Made by a program: the position numbers and the translations under genes | Virus record (IMG/VR): IMGVR_UViG_3300034102_003688 | Location: 1 to 26,909 of that record | Length of the DNA: 26,909 nucleotides | Source of the DNA: a virus | Taxonomy: Duplodnaviria > Caudoviricetes | Strand: one strand, 5' to 3' | The notes under the pieces: generated by a model | What the model was told of the DNA's origin: nothing | What the model saw: only the letters and a program-made list of their open reading frames with translations | Databases searched by the model: none | In this document: positions 7,201 to 13,750 of the stretch, one piece after another | Layout of the letters: each line of letters starts with the position of its first letter | Numbering within the stretch: the first letter of the stretch is position 1

Positions 7201-10160
7201 GGCGTCACATCCAGCATGCGGCGCACCGTCTCCACATGGCCCCGGCGTTTCTCCGGGGACGCGGCGGCGGCTTCGGCCTGCTCCTGGGTGGGCACCTTTG
7301 AAAACCGGATCGGCTCGGCGGTGCCGGCAGGCTGCGAACGTTGGGCGACCCGGCGGCGGGCGGCGTTGAGCAACGCGACAATGTCGCCGTCCGTCATGCG
7401 GAGCTTGGGGAACACCTCGCGCAGGAGCTCGCGGATCTTGGCAATGGCGCGGGCGACTACCCCTTGTCGCGGGGTGTCTTGCTCGGTTTGGCGTGCGAGA
7501 TATTCGGTGACCACGTCGGCACGGCCTTGCGGGGTGGCAAGGTTGGCTTGGTAGTCGCGGGCGATCTGGGAAAGCTCGGCTTTGGGGATCCGGGTGTAAA
7601 CGCCATCCACGATCGAGTTGAAAACGCGGCGGCTTTTGGCGGCGAGCACGGCCCCGAGTCCGGCGTGGCCCACGGTTTCGTGAAGCGCCACCTGTTGGGC
7701 CCGGGTTTCAAACGGGATGCCAAACTGGGCGGCACCCTGGGCGATGCCGGACGCCACGAGATGCACGCGGCCACCGAGGAAGAAGCCTTCCACGGCGCGA
7801 CCGGCGGCGGCTTCGGCGCGGACCAGGTCGCCGCCCACCCCGGCGGGAATGGCGTCGGGGCTGGCGTGCCAGACGGTCGAGGGGTTCATGCCCGCCCGGG
7901 AAAAGAGGGTTTTGACTGCGGCCTTGGCTTGGGTGAGCACGCCGGGCGGGAGCGCCGGGGTGTCGGCCGTGCCGGTCTGTTTGGAGAAGGGCATCCCGGC
8001 CATGGATTCCTCGGCGCCGATGTTGGTGAGGGCTGCTCGGGGTTCTTTGTTGGTCCGCATCCACTGATCCACTAGGCGGAACACGTCGTCGGCCCCGGCC
8101 ACGTCGAAGCCTTCTTCGCGCAGGCCCTCGGCGACAGTGTCCATGGAACGGGCTTCGTCGTCGAAGAGGTTCTCGAAGAGGCGTTTGTTGCCGAAGCGTT
8201 TGCGTGCGCCTTGGCGTTCCTCGATGAGCATGGCGAGTTCGCCGGACCATTCGCCGAAGTGGCGGCTTTTCTTGGAGGGGAGACCGCCGATGCGGCGCAG
8301 GGCGTCGGCGAGGCCGACGGTGTGCTCTTCGTTGACGGCGTCGAGCTCGGCTTGGAGCTCGGCACGGTAGGCGGCCTCGGCCAGCTCGGCTTGGGTGGGT
8401 TTGCGCGGTGGGGGCGGGGGTGCGGGTTGCGGCGCGGGTGCCGGGGCGCTGGAAAGATCGGTCGGATCGGTCGGATCTGACCGATCGGTCGGATCTTGAT
8501 CAACCGCCGCCACCGGGGGGGGCGTTGCCACCGGAGCGGGCGTTGCCACCGGGGCGGGCGTTGCCACCGGGGCGGGCGTTGCCACCGGGGCGGGCGTTGC
8601 CACCGGAGCGGGCGTTGCCACCGGAGCAGGCGCCGCCACCGGGGCGGCCTGCGCTGCGGGCGCCGCCTGCGCTGCGGGTGCCGCGGCAAAGAGCGCGGCT
8701 TCCTCGGGCGTGAGCTCCGTGGCACCCACCGAAAGCGAAGCGAGGTTTGCGGTCGCGGGCGCGGCGGCTTGGTCGCCTGGCTGCGGCGTGGCAAACCGTT
8801 GCGCCACCCTGCCCACACCGGCGGCCCCGCCCGTCATCATCAAACCGCCGAGAAACTCCAGGGCCCCGGCCTTCGCGATCTGCGCCGGGTCGAGCTGCTC
8901 CCGGTTGATCACCTGCGAAGCCGTCTCCTGCAACGAACCCGTCACCCCTTCGCCAGCCGAGCCTTGCACGATCGCCCGGCCCACCCCTTGCGCGGCCTTT
9001 CCAGCGGCGAGCTTCTTCATCGCACCCGCCACAATCCCGCCGCCGATCGGCTCCAGGCCACCGGACACAATCCCGTTGAGCAACCCTCTCCGGATCGCCT
9101 CCTCCTCATCCACACCTTTGGCTCGGTTCTTCTCGTAAGTGTCTTGGTAAGTCTGCGCGAACATCTGCGCAGTCCCGAGCGCGGGGCCCACCCCGGGCAC
9201 AAGGAACGGCGCGACCGACTGCACCGCGCTCCCGGCCACTTGCGGCACCGTCTCCGCGAAAAACTCCCCTGCATAAGCCGGGTTGGGCGTGAACCGATCC
9301 TCCGCATCGGCCACCACCGCACGGCCTGCGGACCGGATCGCATCCGGCACCTGGAGAATGTCTTTGGAAGAACCGAGCGTGGCCAGCCGTTGCTCCAGTT
9401 CAGCGAGCCGGGCGTCTTTCTGGGGAAAGTCCGGCGCGGCCTTCGCCTTGGCGATGATCTGGCGCAAACTGCGCTCCTCCGCCGCCGCCTCCTGCGGCGT
9501 GCCCGTGCCTTGCACAGCCGACACCACCTGAGCGCCCAGCGTCCCGAGCCCTTCCACCGCCTTGCCCAGCCCGGCCTCGGCCGTCTGCGCGAAAGTCGAG
9601 AGGCCCGATCGGATCCGGCCCGTGCCCGTGTCCCCGTCGAGTTTCTGAGCGGGCGCCGGGTCGAGCAACTCAAAGTCCAAATTTCCTGAGCCGTTGCTCA
9701 TCTGCGCGATCGCGGAATCCAGCGCCGCCATGCGGGCATTCGCCTCTGGGCGGTTCTGCCCGGCCACATACACATCGATCACCGGCTCCTTCCCGCCGGA
9801 CGCCTTGCGGCTCTTCACCGCGCCGCCCGTGTCATGGGCGATGAACACCCCGTCCTTGTTCGCGCTCATCTCGGCCAGCGCCGGGATCTTCACCCGGCTC
9901 CCGTAGGGAATGACCTTGGGATCGACCGCGATCGTCACGCCTTCCTGCGACTGCCGCTTGCCGGTGAGCGGGTTCTTCCGGGCGGACTCCGAGCCGTATT
10001 GATCTTCGTGGTTGTTGTAAACCGTCACCCGTGCCTGGCCACCGCCGAACGTCGTCGGTTGGCTGGGATCAAACGGCGGCTTGTCCGATGTAGGCAGGCT
10101 TGGATCGAACGGCGGTTTCTCGTCAAACGGCCGACTCGGATCGTAGGGAGGCTTTGACAT
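4272..10160 (-). CDS. Large internal virion / DNA-ejection polyvalent protein with N-terminal 3D (MltA-like) lytic domain and HExxxH motif
   Basis: 1962 aa; 3D motifs TIAVDPKVIPYGS, AHDTGGAVK, IDVYV; HETVGH...EYLA zincin-like motif; Gly/Ala-rich helical regions; last gene of the virion module. Confidence 0.8.
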   Translation of the reverse strand: MSKPPYDPSRPFDEKPPFDPSLPTSDKPPFDPSQPTTFGGGQARVTVYNNHEDQYGSESARKNPLTGKRQSQEGVTIAVDPKVIPYGSRVKIPALAEMSANKDGVFIAHDTGGAVKSRKASGGKEPVIDVYVAGQNRPEANARMAALDSAIAQMSNGSGNLDFELLDPAPAQKLDGDTGTGRIRSGLSTFAQTAEAGLGKAVEGLGTLGAQVVSAVQGTGTPQEAAAEERSLRQIIAKAKAAPDFPQKDARLAELEQRLATLGSSKDILQVPDAIRSAGRAVVADAEDRFTPNPAYAGEFFAETVPQVAGSAVQSVAPFLVPGVGPALGTAQMFAQTYQDTYEKNRAKGVDEEEAIRRGLLNGIVSGGLEPIGGGIVAGAMKKLAAGKAAQGVGRAIVQGSAGEGVTGSLQETASQVINREQLDPAQIAKAGALEFLGGLMMTGGAAGVGRVAQRFATPQPGDQAAAPATANLASLSVGATELTPEEAALFAAAPAAQAAPAAQAAPVAAPAPVATPAPVATPAPVATPAPVATPAPVATPAPVATPPPVAAVDQDPTDRSDPTDPTDLSSAPAPAPQPAPPPPPRKPTQAELAEAAYRAELQAELDAVNEEHTVGLADALRRIGGLPSKKSRHFGEWSGELAMLIEERQGARKRFGNKRLFENLFDDEARSMDTVAEGLREEGFDVAGADDVFRLVDQWMRTNKEPRAALTNIGAEESMAGMPFSKQTGTADTPALPPGVLTQAKAAVKTLFSRAGMNPSTVWHASPDAIPAGVGGDLVRAEAAAGRAVEGFFLGGRVHLVASGIAQGAAQFGIPFETRAQQVALHETVGHAGLGAVLAAKSRRVFNSIVDGVYTRIPKAELSQIARDYQANLATPQGRADVVTEYLARQTEQDTPRQGVVARAIAKIRELLREVFPKLRMTDGDIVALLNAARRRVAQRSQPAGTAEPIRFSKVPTQEQAEAAAASPEKRRGHVETVRRMLDVTPSVSDNVESFYRATTAPEVNAKANKTIDTVGVDEARDQFMDSKKDDVDTLALGHHVALRLQAMDRHAEATQVRIKMAESLTSPGRMLWYISTIAKTSPEGIRRYAEKLTAKGAADMGPELKAAYENIAALQAELAKVKRKLGAETVLEIQDYLRSLKLTPERLTELNTKLRDALVLSPENPGTARNKIVGMLVNFGMENKQATKLAEQAIRQFTAKAKKVRESLIKKMLAGVKARKERVPKSVLEKLMLLNNEGKLTDETLHAQIAKALGVPVFTKEAADKVAKLQKDYESAPEGTMKMVKGAQMLEAVHELVPSELASKVRAIQNIAMLFSGKTFLRNPIGNLGMFLLNSTADAVGAVIVDPATRIFTGRRSTTSPQLLARIRGLGEPIRVGKAGWQWAADQGLPVRQRLSEALRTVIDTSRMLSSQVTDPKQLTQQFRHTFSSRFGRMLEDGLAIGLGPADLAFWGSAYQASIARSMAAAKANGQPQIAPTEAMVEQALWDAQRAIFQNENMVSFTFKKLEKLLNLPRVDADGNLKLDRKYGFGTATIAFSQVPGSILMQGLEASPLGVVNAVRKMHDLYNVLHSDKAGPDAKMISQRRFVEAASKVFVGTGTFILGAMLLKLGIISGAPDEDKDVEAMRRNMGIGGYSFNFSEFKRRMLSGDFTTPAKLHEAYQDGDVMFTYDWFQPAALSVMFGAEWAKKEEKIAGIKAKGESVVLAYAKTISDSVTRQPMMSGVNQLIRDTAAYGGGEAVMRKLIQIPGNFVPAVVRQTQQTMNETVAETRGGSFVDQELNKLQAKIPFLGDKFPAKLDAFGQAVERYNYGGNGFLNVWLNPFTIAEAKRNPAATEMMRLYDATGKKAVVAPIQQPTVQVNGQPLTLTNEQIVQMQNYTGKLASESMIRLMSSPQFAALPDEYKAKVITGVLEDIQSAAKIELLGQQPVKVDRYTGNVSRPDDGTLFMVLLGRSRGLVPRR
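8454..8501. repeat. GATCGGTCG-type repeat with internal palindrome (encodes DQDPTDRSDPTDPTDL)
   Basis: AAGATCGGTCGGATCGGTCGGATCTGACCGATCGGTCGGATCTTGATC; contains GATCGGTC-N6-GACCGATC. Confidence 0.85.
8503..8682. repeat. 18-bp tandem repeat encoding (APVATP)x6 plus degenerate and AAPAAQ copies
   Basis: GGCGTTGCCACCGG[A/G]GCG units in tandem, in frame within the large ORF. Confidence 0.9.
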
Positions 10161-10163
10161 GGT

Positions 10164-10931
10164 TTACTCCCAGGTGCCGGTGTTCGCGTTGTAAACGTAA
10201 CGGTGACCGCCTTGGTATTGCACCTGCCCGTGCGTTGGCTTGCCCTTTGCTGTGGGTGCCGGAGTCGCGGACCCGGGCGCAGTCGTTCCTGAACCTGTAG
10301 TGCCGGGAAATGCCTGACCCCACAAGCCTCCCTGCGGCGCGTTCGTGTTCACCAATCGGTTCCCCATCTTCAACCACCCGGCCATGGGTTTCCCCGTAGT
10401 CGGATCAATGACAGGTTCAGGCATCGCCGGTTCATCGAGCACCCGCACCGACCCTTGGAACGGGCTGGTCTGCTGCATCACCACAGTCGCCCCATTCTTT
10501 TGCATGATCTTCGCCGTTGGCTCCCACCCCGCCGGATGATTCACATCAAACTGCCGGATATCCTCATTCAGTTTCCGCTCCTGCAACCCCTGATTCTGCC
10601 GTTGCACCTGATCTAAATAAATCGCATCCGCCTGGGAAAGGATCTCCCTCTTCTTCGCCAGATTCCCCTTGGCCATCGCCGCGTAATCCGCATCCGATAG
10701 CACCCCCATCTGCGCGTAAGCCCGGGTCTTCCCGTCGATGAGCGCCGACTCCTTCTCCAGCCGATCCCGCTCCTGACCGTACCCCATAATCCCCCCGGCC
10801 ACCGACCGCCCCGCTTGGGAGATCCCGTCGGCCATGGATTGGTACCCGGCCAAAGTCGTGCGGGCGACGTTGTCGGCGGAATTGGCGATGATGTTCCCGC
10901 GGTTGTCGTTGACAGAAGGGTTGTATTGCAT
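10164..10931 (-). CDS. Putative internal virion / ejection protein
   Basis: 255 aa; Gly/Ala-rich N-terminus, Gln-rich coiled coil, C-terminal GQVQYQGGHRYVYNANTGTWE; 3 nt upstream of the large ejection gene. Confidence 0.65.
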   Translation of the reverse strand: MQYNPSVNDNRGNIIANSADNVARTTLAGYQSMADGISQAGRSVAGGIMGYGQERDRLEKESALIDGKTRAYAQMGVLSDADYAAMAKGNLAKKREILSQADAIYLDQVQRQNQGLQERKLNEDIRQFDVNHPAGWEPTAKIMQKNGATVVMQQTSPFQGSVRVLDEPAMPEPVIDPTTGKPMAGWLKMGNRLVNTNAPQGGLWGQAFPGTTGSGTTAPGSATPAPTAKGKPTHGQVQYQGGHRYVYNANTGTWE

Positions 10932-10937
10932 GGCGTG

Positions 10938-11336
10938 TTATCGGTGAGAAAGTTTTCGGGCCGCGTCGGCATCGGTCTCCAGCCCCACAGTGAGCTCTTC
11001 CCCGGCCGCAATCGGGCGGGCGGCCACGAGCACACTTTCCCGGTCGTGCCGGGGCGGCGCGTCCTCGATCGCGTTGGGGTCGGCGGCGAAATTCCAGAAC
11101 CGTGCGTCATCCCCGCACAGCACCAGGGCGCCGGGCCGGGCCGGGTTCACATAGCAGTAATGCCGGATCCGCCGTTGCACATGGAGCGGGAACCGGCCGA
11201 CGTCCTCGAACTCAAACCGCGTATCGATCCCCCGGGTGAACTCCCAGAGCGGTTCCCCCCGGGCAATGTCGCGGGCGGCAAAGAGCCCGATCCCGTGAAT
11301 CGTGGAGGCCGCGATGAACGTGGGCACTAAGAGCAT
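10938..11336 (-). CDS. SET-domain protein with degenerate catalytic motifs
   Basis: STIHGIGLFAARDIARGE, DDARFWNFAADPN (canonical RFxNHSxxPN) and AARPIAAGEELTVGL (canonical EELTxDY); GGAGG precedes ATG 11336; alternative GTG start at 11363. Confidence 0.85.
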   Translation of the reverse strand: MLLVPTFIAASTIHGIGLFAARDIARGEPLWEFTRGIDTRFEFEDVGRFPLHVQRRIRHYCYVNPARPGALVLCGDDARFWNFAADPNAIEDAPPRHDRESVLVAARPIAAGEELTVGLETDADAARKLSHR

Positions 11337-12190
11337 GTGGCCTCCCCGAAATTCGAGGAGCACGTCGGCGCCTCCTCCCCGAAATACGATGCCCGGAGTT
11401 CAATATGCGCCACCGTCCCGGACACATTGCGCACCTGCCGGTTCAGCTTCGGGCAATGGACCGTCGGCCCGTTGCGCCGGTCGATACACGCCATGCAGGC
11501 CGTCCAATAATCCGAGTTGGCCGTCTTGTCCGGCAACTCATCCCAGCCGAGATCATCCAGATAATACCGATCCGTCTGCACCGGCACGGCAAACCGGTCC
11601 GTGTAGTCCCAGATGTCATCGTCCGTCCAGTGCCGGAGCGGGAACGCCCCGGTCGGCCCGTGGTCCACCCGGACAAGGTCCGTGTGCAACGGCACCCGCC
11701 CCGCGATCTGATCTTGGTCGCTGGACTTGTGCCCGATGAACGCCATGTCCCAAGGATATTGGAACGTGCCCGTCGGCCGGTGCATGAGATCCGCCAACCC
11801 GCACAGGTAAGGTTTCCCCTCCACGGGCGGCAAAATGTTCTTCGGCACCGAGCATGTCACCGGTTCACCCGTGGGCTTCTGGCCGATCTGGTAATGGTTC
11901 GTGAACGCCACGATGCCTTTCCCGTGCCAGAGGCTCACCGCCACCGGCTGCCAATCCCAAACGGTGAGGTTCCATTCCCGGATCATCCGATCCGCGAACG
12001 CGTATTTGTGGGGAAACCACGGGTCGCGATGGAACACAACGGGCAGGTCCAGCCCCATCGAGCGCAGGAGATGGAGCAGCACCATCGAGTCCTTGCCAAA
12101 CGAGCAGAGCAAAACGGGGGCGGTGGACTGTTCCAACGCCTCGCGGATCTGCGCCCGGCTGGCCTCAATCAAATCGTCGAGTCGCGGCAT
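11327..12190 (-). CDS. PAPS reductase-family (PP-loop adenine nucleotide alpha hydrolase) protein
   Basis: PVLLCSFGKDSMVLLHL PP-loop; FIGHK; FPLRHWTDDDIWDY; C-terminal CMAC...CPK cysteines. Confidence 0.85.
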   Translation of the reverse strand: MPRLDDLIEASRAQIREALEQSTAPVLLCSFGKDSMVLLHLLRSMGLDLPVVFHRDPWFPHKYAFADRMIREWNLTVWDWQPVAVSLWHGKGIVAFTNHYQIGQKPTGEPVTCSVPKNILPPVEGKPYLCGLADLMHRPTGTFQYPWDMAFIGHKSSDQDQIAGRVPLHTDLVRVDHGPTGAFPLRHWTDDDIWDYTDRFAVPVQTDRYYLDDLGWDELPDKTANSDYWTACMACIDRRNGPTVHCPKLNRQVRNVSGTVAHIELRASYFGEEAPTCSSNFGEATCS

Positions 12191-12192
12191 GG

Positions 12193-13281
12193 CTAGAAAA
12201 CGATGAGCCCGCCCGCGATTGCGCCACCGGCCCCGATGAGCGAACCTTTCATGGCGCTTTGCCCGGCGGACCGGGCCGCCCCGGCCTGCTGCCGGGCCGC
12301 GTCCTGCGCCGTGGCCGCGTTGAGCGCCGCGTTGTATCGGCTTTCGTCCCGGTTGAGGAACGCCCCGTAAGCCTGATCTTGCAGCCCCGTGAGCATCGTC
12401 GGCGTGCTCTGGCTCATGTTGAGCAGACTGAGCCCGCTCTGCGTGGCGCCGCCTGCGTTGGTCGGCCCGGCCAGAATCTGCTGCGCCGGATCGATCGCCT
12501 GGTTGATCGTCACCGCGTTGGAAAGCAGCCCGGCCCGTTGGGTTTGGAACCCGGCCCGTTGCGCCGCGTCGGCTCGGTTGAGCTGTTCCACGTTCGTCCC
12601 AAAGTCCCGGTTCTGCGCCTGTTCCCCGAGCAACTGCTGATTCACCGATCCCGCAAACCCCTGGCGTTCCCGCATCCGGGCGCGTTGCGCTGCGTCGCGG
12701 TTCATCACCTCGGCCACGATGGCCGGGTTGGACCGGACCAACCCGCGATCCGCAAACGCGGCTCGGCTGGTCTGATCCACGTTGCGCGCTTCATCCGCCG
12801 AGAGCCTGCCGCCGAGGGAGAGTTCATCGAGCGCATTTTGCTGGAGCGCTTGGGAGATCGCGCTCGGCCCCGCGGCCAGCGCGTCCTCGTTCAGCGCAGC
12901 GAGCAACGCACTGCGGCCCGTGGCGGCATCGCCCAGCGCATCGGCGGCGTCGGTCGTGCCCGAGTTGTAACGGTCCAGCGCACTGCGCAGCTCCGGGTTG
13001 GCCTTGAACGCAGCGGCCCGGGCGCGTGGCCCGAACTCCTCCAGGAACCCGATCCGGTTCGTGCGCGAGGTTCTATCGGCCTTCTCCATCGCGTCGGCCG
13101 TGGCGGCGATCGTCTTGGGCGTCTGCTTGATCGCGGAGCTCAGCGTTTGTTCCTGCCGTTGCTGGAACGAGTCGAGCAGGTTGTTGGCGTAATCCTGCGC
13201 GCTCTGCTGGTTGCGCCTGTCTTTGTAAGAGGGCGCACTTTTCTTCTTCTTCTTGGGCGAAAGCGTGTAGGAGCGCGACAT
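12193..13281 (-). CDS. Putative DNA pilot / ejection protein
   Basis: Start MSRSYTLSPKKKKK (ATG 13281, just after the upstream stop); Ala/Gln-rich helical body; C-terminal glycine-zipper-like GSLIGAGGAIAGGLIVF. Confidence 0.7.
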   Translation of the reverse strand: MSRSYTLSPKKKKKSAPSYKDRRNQQSAQDYANNLLDSFQQRQEQTLSSAIKQTPKTIAATADAMEKADRTSRTNRIGFLEEFGPRARAAAFKANPELRSALDRYNSGTTDAADALGDAATGRSALLAALNEDALAAGPSAISQALQQNALDELSLGGRLSADEARNVDQTSRAAFADRGLVRSNPAIVAEVMNRDAAQRARMRERQGFAGSVNQQLLGEQAQNRDFGTNVEQLNRADAAQRAGFQTQRAGLLSNAVTINQAIDPAQQILAGPTNAGGATQSGLSLLNMSQSTPTMLTGLQDQAYGAFLNRDESRYNAALNAATAQDAARQQAGAARSAGQSAMKGSLIGAGGAIAGGLIVF

Positions 13282-13285
13282 AAAG

Positions 13286-13750
13286 TTAGAGGCCGAGTTT
13301 GGCGCGGCGTTCGAGGATCTCGGCCTCCAGGGCGCGGATCTTCTCGGCTTCCTCCGCCCGGCGTTTATCGGCGAGCGGTTTGGCGGCGAACGCGAGCAGA
13401 TCCAGCACGGGCTGGAACTTGCCGGACTCCACCGCCTCGGGCACGACCGTCGCCGCCTTCTCCAGCACCTGGGCTTGATAAGCGAGATTCGCGTCGAGCT
13501 CGGCCTGGAGCCCGGCCTGTTCGGCCTTGAGCGCTGCGGCTTTGTCGGCCTCCACGGCGAGCGCGTCGGCGTGGGTTTGTTTGAGCGCGGCGATCTGCGC
13601 GGCGTGTTCGGCCCGGAGCGCTTCGTCGTAGGCGACCAGCGCCCGCTGGATGTCTGAGGCAAGCTGCGGGTTGTTGGCGATGGTGTCGCAAACGGCGCCG
13701 TAATGGCTGCCGTTGACCAGGACGCTGTGCGGGGATTCGATGTTGATCAT
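13286..13750 (-). CDS. Hypothetical coiled-coil protein (possible fibre-associated protein or chaperone)
   Basis: 154 aa; ATGA-coupled to the tail fibre gene; Ala/Glu/Lys-rich heptads. Confidence 0.7.
   Translation of the reverse strand: MINIESPHSVLVNGSHYGAVCDTIANNPQLASDIQRALVAYDEALRAEHAAQIAALKQTHADALAVEADKAAALKAEQAGLQAELDANLAYQAQVLEKAATVVPEAVESGKFQPVLDLLAFAAKPLADKRRAEEAEKIRALEAEILERRAKLGL

Noticed and set aside
8454-8682. CRISPR array (also considered for 26430-26560)
   Set aside because: The repeats are contiguous 9- or 18-bp units with no unique spacers, are in frame within CDSs, and no cas genes are present
11327-12190. Auxiliary metabolic cysH or a Dnd phosphorothioation system
   Set aside because: No other cys or dnd genes are in the window, and the C-terminal ECGLH-type motif of true CysH is absent
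13240-13260. PKKKKK as a eukaryotic nuclear localisation signal (with SET as a histone-targeting effector)
   Set aside because: The context is a bacterial phage with peptidoglycan hydrolases and a bacterial tRNA att site; nothing supports a eukaryotic target
13282-13662. Long N-terminal extensions in the ORF track (12193-13662, 16716-19139, 18862-19725, 19365-20141, 20008-20715, 25545-26831)
   Set aside because: The extensions overlap better-supported upstream genes or regulatory DNA; downstream starts give tight gene packing
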